Source: Hyperthermus butylicus DSM 5456 (GTDB lineage Archaea > Thermoproteota > Thermoprotei_A > Sulfolobales > Pyrodictiaceae). From it: a stretch of DNA of 32,000 nt. The translations under genes and the position numbers were made by a program. Under the pieces are notes generated by a model. The model was not told where the DNA came from. It saw nothing but the letters and a program-made list of their open reading frames with translations, and did no database searches. Below, piece by piece: positions 15,549 through 25,457 of this stretch (position 1 is the first letter of the stretch; each line of letters begins with the position of its first letter). The stretch covers positions 840,001 to 872,000 of the forward strand of contig NC_008818.1 in assembly GCF_000015145.1 (NCBI RefSeq). The letters run 5' to 3'.

Positions 15549-18530
15549 CTAGAGTTCACAATGTTTACATGTGCTATTCTCTGTTAGCTCTACTACTACC
15601 TCGTCACCATTTGTCTCTGTTTGTTTAGTCTCGAATAGCTCTGTTGCGCGCTTGTCTTTTTCTAGCTCGGATAGCTTCATACGCTTTTTGAGGTGTATCA
15701 TCCTCATGGCTTTACGGTCTTTCTGCTGGCTAGGCTGCCATGCCTTCCCCCTTATAGGTGATTGTGGTATCTCTTTATGTTCGCCGCCAAAGTAGATTAC
15801 TTGGACTCCCTTGCTCTCGTCGCGATACACTGTTACTCCCTTGAGGCCTCCTAGCCATGCCACGAGGTATGCTGTGTAAACCTCGTCTTTTGTAGCATCC
15901 TTTCTCAAGTTTATGGTCTTGCTTATTGCTTGATCTACGTAGAGCTGGGCTGCTATCTGGTGTGCTAGGTGGTACCATAGGTCAAAATCCATACTCATTG
16001 TGAAGAGCCTAGCTAGCTTCTCTACCTCTGCAAGGAAGCCATTCATTATACCCATTTGTATAAGCTTCTCTCTTACCTCCCCTAGGGCCCAGCGTAAACT
16101 ACCCTTATGCCTGCCTATAGTCTCGTAGACCACTTTTACAGCATCTAGTGGCACATTGTATCTCCTTGCAGCCTCCAAGAGCTTCTCGCGGAAAGGCTTC
16201 ACGACCTCCAGGAACTCACCTATTGCTACTACACGCCTATATACGAGGGCGAAGTACGGTTCTATGCCACTACTGGTACCAGCTATGATGCTTATCGTGC
16301 CTGTAGGTGCAACTGTTGTCATAACAGTGTTTCTCGGCGCCCTGGCCCCAAGGCTCCTACCGTAAGCTTTCAATACCTTCCAGGCCGCCTCGGGATTATA
16401 GACTGCAAGCGCTAGTAGCAGCTTGGGGCTATTGACAACTATGACTGGACTGCTCCGGAGAGCCCTCTCATAATCCTCCCTCGTAACTCCGAAGACCTCG
16501 CGGAGCACCTTCTCCACAGCTTCCCAGCGCACTAGCTTGACCGTACCGTTAGGCTCTATGCGGCTTTTAGCTTCGCCTACAAGTCTTTCCAGCATATCCT
16601 CGGGTATCTCAACTGCGTGATAGCATACTTTGAGCCAGCCATCCTCTACACGGGAGATCCTAGAGGCCTTTAGTAGTGCCGGCGTGTGCAGCTCCACTAG
16701 CTCCTCTGGCTCAGCCTTCTCCACGCATCTCATACTCTTCCAGTCGTACCTCCTACACTCGAATGCAGGGGCATGGCCTAGCTTGGCGCCTAGCTCCCAG
16801 CTACGCTTCCAGCTATACACCTCCAATGCTGCCATGACTATGAGTGTAAATGCTACTGCCTCCTCGCTATCGTAGGGATAGCCTAGCTTTGCAAGAGCAT
16901 CGGCTAGGCCCATTATGCCTAGGCCTATCTTCCTAGTAAACTTGTTTGCAACTGTCTGCCTCGGGTCAGGGTGCTTGTTAAAGTCTATTACGGCATCCAT
17001 GGAGTCAACAGCTAGTTGTATGTCGCTCATAAACTGGGCCAGGTCAAACTTTCCATCGGAGATGTACTTGTCTATGCTCATGCTGCCAAGATTGCATGAC
17101 TCGAAGGGGTATAGGGGCTGCTCGCCGCATGGATTGGTGGCATAGACTGCTCCTAGCCATGGTGTTGGGTTCCACTTGTTGTGGTTGTCTGGGAAGAATA
17201 GGCCGGGGTCTCCGCTTGCCCAAGCGTTCTCGACTATCTTCTCCCAAAGCTTGCGCGCAGGATACTTCCAGGCATATGGATTCTTTTGTTCCGGACTAGT
17301 TTCCCAACCTGTGTATCTTGCTTGCTCTTTGAGCGCCTCCAATGCTTTTGTCTTTGCCTCCTCTAGAACGTCTTCAAAGATGTTTAGGTACGGGTTTTCT
17401 AGTAGCCAAGGATACCTCTCCAATAGCTCTCCAAGTCTACCCAGGCCGGTTGCCCTTGAAACACTATAGTGTAGCCGGTAGACCCCGTCGCCGCTATCGC
17501 TGTAGCGGGGGTTTACCATCCACCAGTCTTCGCCCCGGAGTATTGCCTGCATGAATGCATCGTTTGCTGCTACACTTATGTTGAAGTTTGTAAGGTTAGC
17601 ATCCTGCAATGGCGGCTCTTTGGCTTGTATAAAGCCGGCATCTTCAACTGTTTCCCAACCCTCCTCACTAAGCCTCATTACTATCTCTTTGTAGACCGGG
17701 TCTATCTCATAGCCCTCCCTCTCTAGATGCTCGATTAACCGTTTAGTCGTGTCTATCAATGCCTTCAGCTGTGGCGGGAGCATGTTGCGGAGGGCATGCC
17801 AGGGATTGAAGTGAGGGTTATATATGTCAGGATGCCAGGCATGCATTATGCCCATGTTTGCTCCGCGCCGCTTACCACCCTGCTTCACAGTCTCAGTAAC
17901 CATGTCGTAGATTTGCATGAAGCTTAGTGGACCGGAGGCTTGGCCACCAGTACTCCTCACAATATCCCATCTTGGTCTTAGCTCGCTAAAGCTGAAGCCT
18001 TGACCCCCACCCCACTTGAACGTCATAGCCTGTACAGTGGCAGCATCCATAATGGCTTTCATGTCGTCATATACCGGTGTTACATAGCATGCTGAAAGAG
18101 TACCATAGGCACCATCAACATACATGTTGAATAGGGTAGGAGAGTTAAACATGAACTTGCGAGCTATAAGTAAACGGTAAAGCTTGACTGGGTCAACCCT
18201 CGTGGAGAACCCCCATGCAACTCTAGCCATAACCATTGAAGGTGTTTCCATCGGTACTCCATACTCGTTACGTACCATGTATCTTGCTAGAAGGACTCGT
18301 ATAGCATTGTATGTGAAGCCCTTGTCCTCGGGGCAAATTTCATCCTTTTCAACACATTCCGGTAATCCTACCAGCCTGCCGCCATTGGGGGCAAGCTCAC
18401 GATATGCCTTACGGACAAATGCATAGATTTCGCGTAGTAGCAGCTCCTTTGCCTTCTCTTCGGCCTCTGGCTTGTATAGACTTTCCCTTATCAGCTCAAG
18501 TTGTTCTCGGTCGCTACTAGTCATTAGCAC
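15549..18530 (-). CDS. nrdJ: Class II (adenosylcobalamin-dependent) ribonucleotide reductase
   Basis: Active-site motif TNPCGEQPLYPFESCNLGSM. About 990 aa. C-terminal CKHC redox tail. No ATP-cone and no obvious intein. ATG at 18524 is the likely start (the longest ORF starts at GTG 18530). Confidence 0.9.
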   Translation of the reverse strand: MLMTSSDREQLELIRESLYKPEAEEKAKELLLREIYAFVRKAYRELAPNGGRLVGLPECVEKDEICPEDKGFTYNAIRVLLARYMVRNEYGVPMETPSMVMARVAWGFSTRVDPVKLYRLLIARKFMFNSPTLFNMYVDGAYGTLSACYVTPVYDDMKAIMDAATVQAMTFKWGGGQGFSFSELRPRWDIVRSTGGQASGPLSFMQIYDMVTETVKQGGKRRGANMGIMHAWHPDIYNPHFNPWHALRNMLPPQLKALIDTTKRLIEHLEREGYEIDPVYKEIVMRLSEEGWETVEDAGFIQAKEPPLQDANLTNFNISVAANDAFMQAILRGEDWWMVNPRYSDSGDGVYRLHYSVSRATGLGRLGELLERYPWLLENPYLNIFEDVLEEAKTKALEALKEQARYTGWETSPEQKNPYAWKYPARKLWEKIVENAWASGDPGLFFPDNHNKWNPTPWLGAVYATNPCGEQPLYPFESCNLGSMSIDKYISDGKFDLAQFMSDIQLAVDSMDAVIDFNKHPDPRQTVANKFTRKIGLGIMGLADALAKLGYPYDSEEAVAFTLIVMAALEVYSWKRSWELGAKLGHAPAFECRRYDWKSMRCVEKAEPEELVELHTPALLKASRISRVEDGWLKVCYHAVEIPEDMLERLVGEAKSRIEPNGTVKLVRWEAVEKVLREVFGVTREDYERALRSSPVIVVNSPKLLLALAVYNPEAAWKVLKAYGRSLGARAPRNTVMTTVAPTGTISIIAGTSSGIEPYFALVYRRVVAIGEFLEVVKPFREKLLEAARRYNVPLDAVKVVYETIGRHKGSLRWALGEVREKLIQMGIMNGFLAEVEKLARLFTMSMDFDLWYHLAHQIAAQLYVDQAISKTINLRKDATKDEVYTAYLVAWLGGLKGVTVYRDESKGVQVIYFGGEHKEIPQSPIRGKAWQPSQQKDRKAMRMIHLKKRMKLSELEKDKRATELFETKQTETNGDEVVVELTENSTCKHCEL

Positions 18531-18798
18531 TGCGGACCCCTAAGAGTAGGATCTATCCGCCGCCCTTTCGCTACCTGGTTAATGACGCGAGAGTAGTACC
18601 TTATGAGTATAAGGCCTAGCTGATAGCTGCCACCATATACCCCAATATCAACACGTGATGCTTAGCTAGGGCTTGTCTGCAGGCTTAGCGGTAATATCCG
18701 TGATACCTCCAGTTCACATTTGGGAGTTATGCTGCCTGTCAGGCCTGACTGAAGTGAGGCTAGGTAATGCTTATAGCTGGTAATACTTTGGGATTGAG

Positions 18799-19239
18799 TT
18801 ACGCTATGTAGATTATGATCTTGTCGTAGGGCTCTTCTTCGAAGTATACCTTACGTTTTGCCTGCATATAGAGCATCAAATCTCTCGATGTTATAACGAA
18901 GTAGTCGTAAAGAAAACTTGCTGGAGTTATTACCGTAAGGTAATGCTCAAACTCAAGGTCCGTGTAGATTACCTCAAAATTTCCAACATAATTTCGGCCG
19001 ACGATGTCTACACGTGGAGGGCTTAGCGGCTTTAGCTCGTCTGCAAACCCTATGAATACTGTGCGGCGGTTACGATCCTCCACATTGCGCTTGTATGTAT
19101 AGCCTCCCTCTACGATTACACTGCGGGGCTCAAAGTATAGTGTCATGTTTTCACCACGTATCGTCATAGTATCTCCGGCTACGACGAGTCCAAGTGCGCC
19201 ACCATTCCAGCGTATGTAGTAGCTTGCACGTCTTGTCAA
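18799..19239 (-). CDS. Hypothetical protein (146 aa, beta-rich by composition)
   Basis: ORF 76 nt downstream of the KaiC-like gene on the same strand. TTG start, and internal ATGs are possible. No motif recognised. Confidence 0.45.
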   Translation of the reverse strand: MTRRASYYIRWNGGALGLVVAGDTMTIRGENMTLYFEPRSVIVEGGYTYKRNVEDRNRRTVFIGFADELKPLSPPRVDIVGRNYVGNFEVIYTDLEFEHYLTVITPASFLYDYFVITSRDLMLYMQAKRKVYFEEEPYDKIIIYIA

Positions 19240-19315
19240 CCGTGCACACCTAGGGTTTCATGGCTGTAGCGGTAGGAGTTAAAGACTGTCCCTCCCTGTG
19301 AACCTTGTGAGCAAG

Positions 19316-20140
19316 CTACTCTTCATCGCCCAGCGGGACTTCGAGGAGTTTTTGTAGCTCGGCTGCTAGCATTTTTGCTGCAACAGACTGTGGAAGCGCT
19401 GTATCCTCTTTGCGTAGCTGTGTTGGCGCTTTGACCCGCATGCCTACACCGTCGCGTATCTCTATCTCGTGCATCCGTAGGCTGTGTTCGGTCTGTCTCA
19501 TCTTCTCGATTATAACGTATCTCCGGAGCTCTCCTCTCACTACGGCTTTGCGAAATCTTATAATGCCATCAGCTACGTGTTCTATGCCGAAGCCAAAGCC
19601 TAGACTTGTTGTTACAGCATACTGGCTTGTTAGTAGTGCTGTGAAGTCCCAGCGCGCCAGTATCCTCTTAACATAGTAGCTGTATCTCCTGGCCATTGCT
19701 GGCTTGTCGAGCCAGAAGGCCGACATGGAGTCTATTACTAGGCGTGCCCTGCCATAGCCTAGGTAGCGTTTAGCCTCTATGATCTTGTTTACAAGCGTCT
19801 CCACATCTAGCTCGGTTAGGGACCATGGATCGTCGTGTCGTCCCATAAGCGCGTCTATTATGACTAGCTTTCCATCATCTATCGCCTTCTCGAAGTCAAA
19901 ACCGAACATTGCCGCTTGCTTTATTATACTTTCCCTTGTCTCCTCCGTTGTCACATATATGTTCTTGTCTCCCTGCCTAATACCTTCGGCTATGAAGTGT
20001 ATTGAGAATATCGTCTTGCCCGTACCCGGCTCTCCCACAACAGCTACAAAGAAGCCCCGAGGGATACCTCCCTGTATCAGCTTATCAAATCCTGGCACGC
20101 CAGTCGGCAATCTCTCTATAGATGGCTTGGTCGAAGCCAT
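19316..20140 (-). CDS. KaiC/RadA-like RecA-superfamily ATPase (archaeal aRadC-type paralogue)
   Basis: GVPGFDKLIQGGIPRG followed by Walker A GEPGTGKT. Walker B RLVIDSMSAF. 274 aa with an ATG start. Confidence 0.8.
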   Translation of the reverse strand: MASTKPSIERLPTGVPGFDKLIQGGIPRGFFVAVVGEPGTGKTIFSIHFIAEGIRQGDKNIYVTTEETRESIIKQAAMFGFDFEKAIDDGKLVIIDALMGRHDDPWSLTELDVETLVNKIIEAKRYLGYGRARLVIDSMSAFWLDKPAMARRYSYYVKRILARWDFTALLTSQYAVTTSLGFGFGIEHVADGIIRFRKAVVRGELRRYVIIEKMRQTEHSLRMHEIEIRDGVGMRVKAPTQLRKEDTALPQSVAAKMLAAELQKLLEVPLGDEE

Positions 20141-20213
20141 AGGTTCTACCGCACCCAGATACGTTTAGTTGTACTTGTTTCCGCCCTAATTTCCCCTTGG
20201 GACTAGTCACAGT

Positions 20214-20639
20214 TTATGGTGTAAGGTATGCGCAGAACCCGGTAGGTGTACATGCTTCGAGTCTTGAGAGCCGCAGATTTTTACTCTCTAGCTCACGTTG
20301 CAGACACCGATAGAGGTCAACAAGCATTATCTCCGCTGAGGCATCCTTTAATCCAAGTACATCGTTTAACTTTTTATGATCATACCGCGAGAGGCATCCC
20401 TCCAGAACCCTGCTAAGCCAAAAGTAGTCAACCACGACATTTCCTTGACCAAGGCTACCTTCAACACAGACCGTTACGCGATAGTCGTGGCCATGAAGCG
20501 ACGCTGACTTACCACCTAGACTCTGAAGCTGAAGGGCAAGGGAGACCCAGGAGGAGGCACAGACGCCTAGCTTTACACCGCACAATACCCCGGCCACCCC
20601 AGCATTCGCAAGCCCTCTGTGCTTGTTTAGGCCTTGCAA
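20214..20639 (-). CDS. 6-pyruvoyl-tetrahydropterin synthase / QueD family (COG0720-type) protein, variant active site
   Basis: KSASLHGHDYRV aligns with QueD KCGRLHGHSF. YDHKKLND aligns with LDHHYLND. C-terminal LEACTPTGFCAY aligns with KETCTAGCIY. The true start is probably internal (GTG/TTG). Confidence 0.75.
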   Translation of the reverse strand: MQGLNKHRGLANAGVAGVLCGVKLGVCASSWVSLALQLQSLGGKSASLHGHDYRVTVCVEGSLGQGNVVVDYFWLSRVLEGCLSRYDHKKLNDVLGLKDASAEIMLVDLYRCLQRELESKNLRLSRLEACTPTGFCAYLTP

Positions 20640-20697
20640 CCTCCAAGGCTTTAAGACGAGTGTTCATCCAGACCGTTCCCAGCGGTGGCGCCTCTCC

Positions 20698-21180
20698 ATG
20701 GCTCTACCAGGCATCTATGCTGCTTTAACGCTCCTCGGCAGAGTTGATGATGTGCAAGTGCAGCCGGCTGGTGTGGATCTCCGTGTTGGAGAGATACACC
20801 GCTTCTTGTCCGAAGGAATGTTGGCTCCCAAGCGTGTGCTGCCAGAGACCGAGCCCGTTGAAGCTAGGGATGGCTTCTGGTTTTTGGAGCCGGGCTTCTA
20901 CAAGGTTGTCTTTGCCGATGCTGTCTACGTGCCACCCAGTGCTGTGGGTATCTGTCTCCCACGTAGTAGTCTCCTCAGGATGGGAGCCACGCTGTCTTGC
21001 GCTGTATGGGATCCAGGGTATATGGGACGCGGTGAAGCACTGCTTATAGTTGGTAATCCTCACGGTATCAGAATAGCTGTCGGAGAGAGGATTGCACAGA
21101 TGCTATATATCCGTGTTGAGCCGCCACCAGCTAGCCTCTATGCTGGATTCTATCAAGGGGAAAGGCTGGGTACACGCTAG
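20698..21180 (+). CDS. dut: dUTPase/dCTP-deaminase-family protein (probable archaeal dUTP diphosphatase, about 160 aa)
   Basis: VQPAGVDLRVGE, PRSSLLRMG and VWDPGYMGRGEALL motifs typical of the trimeric Dcd/Dut family. ATG at 20698 (the longest ORF starts at 20623). Confidence 0.7.
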   Translation: MALPGIYAALTLLGRVDDVQVQPAGVDLRVGEIHRFLSEGMLAPKRVLPETEPVEARDGFWFLEPGFYKVVFADAVYVPPSAVGICLPRSSLLRMGATLSCAVWDPGYMGRGEALLIVGNPHGIRIAVGERIAQMLYIRVEPPPASLYAGFYQGERLGTR

Positions 21181-21216
21181 TGTTTTATTAGCTGGCTCCC
21201 CGGTGAAGCGGAATGG

Positions 21217-21765
21217 GTGGTACATGTAATGGTGCTTGAACGCCTTGAGGAAGCTGCAGCTACCCTCGACTCTATAGCCTCCAGTATCCGGCGCGGTATA
21301 CGGCCCGCAGAGACGATAGCTGAGAATAGGGCTAACACTGCAATATACACTATATCCGAGGCCTTCGAGGAGCTGGCTCTAGCGCTGCGTAGGCTCAAAT
21401 GTATAGCTGACGCTAAGGGCATCAAGGACTCTTCTGTAGTCGGGCTCTGTACTACCTGGAGGCTTTACGAGTCCGACGGTGGCCTCGTACTGTTGAGGAT
21501 TAAGCCAGAGACCGTAATAGCGATACGGGATGGACATGTAACGTTCCACCGGGACGTCTACAAGCTAGAAGCTGAGGGCGCCACGGTAAAGCTCTGCAAG
21601 TGGAACTACTGCAAGACCATTAATCCGCTCGACAGGGAAAAGATCATGAAGGAGCTGCCCCAGATATTCTACCTGCTGCGTAGCATCTCAAACATGGTTC
21701 GGAAGACTGCTGAAAGCATACAGCTCTGCGCTCGCCGGGAGGCAGCGGAATGCGCGAGGCTCTAG
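21217..21765 (+). CDS. Hypothetical protein (about 180 aa), helical N-terminus
   Basis: This ORF overlaps the downstream nucleotidyltransferase gene by 16 nt, which suggests translational coupling. No motif recognised. Confidence 0.5.
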   Translation: MVHVMVLERLEEAAATLDSIASSIRRGIRPAETIAENRANTAIYTISEAFEELALALRRLKCIADAKGIKDSSVVGLCTTWRLYESDGGLVLLRIKPETVIAIRDGHVTFHRDVYKLEAEGATVKLCKWNYCKTINPLDREKIMKELPQIFYLLRSISNMVRKTAESIQLCARREAAECARL

Positions 21766-22685
21766 GCCCAGTCGAGGCATGGCTCATCAGAACTAGGTAC
21801 ACCATAGGCTTTGTGAAGGGGTGTTTTCATCCCCTCCCAAGACTCTTCTATGTACCCCGCATCGTGGAAGGCTCAAAAACATGGAGGGAACCCTGGCGCC
21901 TAGCCCTTAAAGATCCCGATGTCATGGTTGGGTCTGAGCCCTGCCTTGGAGGCAGAGCTGTCCCCACAGCGGATCCACTCCATGTGAAGATGGTCTCCCC
22001 CGTAGATGCTGTCAGGAGCCTGACTGTCTGCGAGAGGCCACTATGTAGGGCTGCTCTCGAGCTGCTAGAGTACCTTGAGAGCGGGGGCGCTGACTATGTA
22101 GGAGTTACTGGCGGACTCGCCTACAACCCCGACTCTGCCAGCGACATAGACCTTGTTGTCTACGGCGCGAAGAACACTGAAAAGGCATACCGTATCCTCG
22201 AAGAGCTTAGGGCTGAGGGTGTAACAGCCCCTCTCCACGGCCTCGGCCATGGATGGACACATGATGACTGGGTACTCCACCAGAAGCTCGCCCCTCAGCG
22301 GCTGCTAATGGGTCTCTTCAGAGGCTATGAGTATAATGTGAGACTTGTAGACTGCACAACCCCGGCTCCCTGTAAGCCGCTAATAGTTCGCGGGCGGCTC
22401 CGGGTTACCGGCAGAATAATCGGTGGAAGTCCTACTACAACCCCCGCCATCTACATTCTATCCCTATTCAAACCGGTGCAGTGCGGCAAGGTCCTAGCAA
22501 GAGTGTTGCATGTCGAGACTTTCAGACTTAGGTACACAGAGATACCAGTGAAAGCTGTTATTGAGGCTTGGGGCGTCCTCGAGGAACGTGAGCCTGGCTT
22601 CTGTGTACTTGTGCCAGACTGGAGAGGGGGAATAAAGCTGGTCAGCGGCCTTAGCACCGTGTTGCACGGAAGCCTGGAGGCCTAA
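21750..22685 (+). CDS. Pol-beta-superfamily nucleotidyltransferase-domain protein with a C-terminal beta-rich extension
   Basis: NTase motif [22 protein letters not shown] (G[GS]...DxD). 311 aa with an ATG start. Confidence 0.6.
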   Translation: MREALGPVEAWLIRTRYTIGFVKGCFHPLPRLFYVPRIVEGSKTWREPWRLALKDPDVMVGSEPCLGGRAVPTADPLHVKMVSPVDAVRSLTVCERPLCRAALELLEYLESGGADYVGVTGGLAYNPDSASDIDLVVYGAKNTEKAYRILEELRAEGVTAPLHGLGHGWTHDDWVLHQKLAPQRLLMGLFRGYEYNVRLVDCTTPAPCKPLIVRGRLRVTGRIIGGSPTTTPAIYILSLFKPVQCGKVLARVLHVETFRLRYTEIPVKAVIEAWGVLEEREPGFCVLVPDWRGGIKLVSGLSTVLHGSLEA

Positions 22686-23683
22686 CCCGTATTACGTCGG
22701 GATTTACAAGGTTTGGTGGTATCTTTCCGTCGCGGAAGGCGAGCAGGTTCTCTAGAACCGCACAAGTCATTGCTTGTCTTGCTTCTCGTGTAGCACTACC
22801 AATGTGCGGGGTTAGAACCACATTCTTAAGGCTTGTGAGAGGATGGTCTGGTGGTAGTGGCTCTTCCTCAAACACGTCGAGACCCGCGCCAGCTATCCAG
22901 CCCTCCCGGAGGGCGCGTATGAGCGCATTGGTGTCTATGACTGCCCCTCGCGCCGTATTTATCAGTATAGCCGTTGGCTTCATGAGTCTTAGCTCTCGCT
23001 CCCCGATCATCCCCCGGGTCTCAGGGGTTAATGGCACATGTATCGTTACTATGTCGGCCCTTTTCAACAGCTCCTCGAGGGACACATACTCGGCGTTCAG
23101 CTCTCTTTCCACATGCTGTGGCGCACGCCTCCTACTATAGTAGAGCACCTTCATGTTGAATGCGCGAGCACCAATCCTGGCTACAGCTCTGCCAATTCTC
23201 CCAAACCCTATTACACCGAGGGTTTTGCCGTAAAGCTCCATGCCAAGCATTAGCTCTGGATGCCAGCCAGTGCGCCCACGGTACCACTCGCCACTCCGGA
23301 CATAGCTGTCTGCCTCCACTATGCGACGCGCAACAGCGAATATGAGAGCCCATGTGAGCTCAGCTGTCGCCTCTGTAAGCACGTCCGGGGTATTAGTTAC
23401 GTACACTCCGAGCCTAGTAGCACACTCCACGTCAATGTTGTCGTAGCCCACAGCGTACTGGGATACTATGCTAAGCCTACCACGAGTACCAGCCTCGAGA
23501 ACGGCACAGTCTATACGGTCTGTAACAACGATACAATACCATCAACCTCGCCAGCCTTTCGACTAGAACCTCGTGAGGTGGATGATGCCACTCCGGCCAG
23601 ACTTCAGCATTAAATTCTGAAAGCAACCTTTCAAAGCAAGGGCCCGGCAGTCTACGTGTAATAAAAAGCTTTGCCTTCAACAT
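22651..23683 (-). pseudogene. Glyoxylate/hydroxypyruvate reductase (D-2-hydroxyacid dehydrogenase, GyaR-like) split by two 1-nt frame disruptions
   Basis: The N-terminal piece MLKAKLFITRRLPGP...EVWPEWHHPPHEVLVERLA is in frame A. The 12-codon stretch [11 protein letters not shown] is in frame B. The remainder, [11 protein letters not shown]...[30 protein letters not shown] and TPHIGSAT, is in frame C. Junctions are near 23547-23550 and 23521-23523. Confidence 0.8.
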
Positions 23684-23959
23684 CAGCACCCCACATTCTG
23701 CAGAAAGAGACCTCCGAACAACAAAAATCCTACACACTCCTTTAAGAACATAATCTTCTCTTCCTTAGCGCCCGGGTACAGACCGTACACATAGACTCCA
23801 TGGAAGGGTATAGAGCAAAGGGGCAGAGTAGCCTCTTGGGATGGTTTTGGACGTGCCCAACAGCTAGTCTATCACATACAAATCATATCAAATTATGCTA
23901 TATAGGATGGGTACGAGCAGTAGTAAAGTTATGGAGAAAAACAGACTGGTTTGTGTGGG

Positions 23960-25228
23960 TTAGAGGAGACCACGTAGCTTCATAGCCTCAATTACACGCT
24001 TTACTGCTAAGGCGTAGGCAGCATCCCTCATTGGATGCTTCTGTGTGTCGAACTCCTTGTGCCAGAAGTCCCAGACTGCTAATGTGTTGTGGACCATCTT
24101 GTTTTCTAGTGCCCTCTTGGCCTCCTCCTCTGTTATCCAGCCACCCATCCTGTTGTTGACCCACTCAATGTGGCTCATTATTACACCACCAGCATTGGCT
24201 AGAATGTCCGGTATTACTATGATGCCGCGCTGTGCAAGGATCTTGTCGGCTTCCGCTGTGGTTGGGCCGTTGGCTGCCTCGGCAATTATCTTAGCCTTGA
24301 TCCTCGAAGCGTTCTCCTCGGTTATCACATTCTCGATTGCTGCGGGTACTAGTATGTCTACATCTAGCTCTAATAGCTCCTCATTAGTTATCTTCCTCTC
24401 TGCCTTCTCATAGTTGATTACCGAGCCGGTCTTGCTCTTAACCTCCTTAACCTCGTCTGGGTTGAGGCCCTTGCTGCTGTAAATGCCGCCCTTGCTGTCG
24501 CTTACAGCTACTATTATCGCGCCCATCTCGTGGAGGAACTTAGCCGCGTAGTAGCCAGCATTGCCATAGCCTTGTACAGCCACCCTCTTGCCCTCAACGC
24601 TGCCCCAAACTTTCTTGGCAACCTCTCTAGCAGCAACAGCTGTACCGAAACCTGTGGCTATTACACGGGTCTCGAGGCCGCCTAGTATCTTTGGCTTGCC
24701 AGTTATGACGCCAAAGTGGTGCTGACCAGTCACTCTGTAGTACTCGTCCATCATCCAGGCCATTATCTGTGGGTTTGTATAGACATCTGGTGCTGGTATG
24801 TCGTGGTCTGGGCCAATGTACTTGTATATCATCCTTATGTAGCCACGGGATAGCTGCTCAAGCTCGCGTGCCGAGAGCTTGTGCGGGTCTACGCGAATGC
24901 CACCTTTACCACCGCCATATGGTAGGCCCGCCAACGCGTTCTTCCAGGTCATCATCATGCTTAGAGCTATTACCTCCTCCTTGGTAGTCTCTGGGTGGTA
25001 ACGTATACCGCCCTTGTATGGGCCTAGAGCGCTATTGTGCTGGCTCCTCCAACCAATAAAGACCTTAACTGTACCATCATCCATACGTACGGGGATCTTA
25101 ACCTGGATAACCCTCTCAGGATGCCTTAGAGCCTCATAAACATCCTCGCCGTAACCTAGAAGCTCGACAACCGCACGGTGTAGGATCTTCTCGGCCTCTT
25201 CGAGGAGGCGGCGGGAGTCTGTAGCCAT
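23960..25228 (-). CDS. gdhA: Glutamate dehydrogenase
   Basis: [16 protein letters not shown] and dinucleotide loop GYGNAGYY. 422 aa with an ATG start. An oligo-T run (plus-strand AAAAA 23937-41) follows the stop. Confidence 0.95.
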   Translation of the reverse strand: MATDSRRLLEEAEKILHRAVVELLGYGEDVYEALRHPERVIQVKIPVRMDDGTVKVFIGWRSQHNSALGPYKGGIRYHPETTKEEVIALSMMMTWKNALAGLPYGGGKGGIRVDPHKLSARELEQLSRGYIRMIYKYIGPDHDIPAPDVYTNPQIMAWMMDEYYRVTGQHHFGVITGKPKILGGLETRVIATGFGTAVAAREVAKKVWGSVEGKRVAVQGYGNAGYYAAKFLHEMGAIIVAVSDSKGGIYSSKGLNPDEVKEVKSKTGSVINYEKAERKITNEELLELDVDILVPAAIENVITEENASRIKAKIIAEAANGPTTAEADKILAQRGIIVIPDILANAGGVIMSHIEWVNNRMGGWITEEEAKRALENKMVHNTLAVWDFWHKEFDTQKHPMRDAAYALAVKRVIEAMKLRGLL

Positions 25229-25457
25229 GATTGAGCCCCCGCTGCTCCAGTTTGTATAGACAGTTCTCTGAGCTATTTATCGTGCACGTTCTCTTTTCAC
25301 AGTGTTTATTTAGAGGGAGCGATTCAATGATAAACGTAGTATACGGTTGGTCATCCCAACAATTTTAGTTTTAGTCTGCTCCAACATCCACTCGTCACAA
25401 CCGCTAGCTACATGAGCCACAGCAGGGGTTAGTAAGATTACCGTACGCTGCTATGAT

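Noticed and set aside
18531-18620. A cobalamin riboswitch in the nrdJ leader.
   Set aside because: No B12-box-like element or the multi-helix junction pattern was recognisable. Such riboswitches are also not expected in this lineage.
18655-18752. C-box-like GUGAUGC (18655-61) and GUGAUAC (18700-06) with CUGACUGA (18745-52) upstream of nrdJ.
   Set aside because: The boxes deviate at the positions needed for the G-C pair. No D'/C' is present, there is no terminal stem, and 12-nt spacing is met only on one side.
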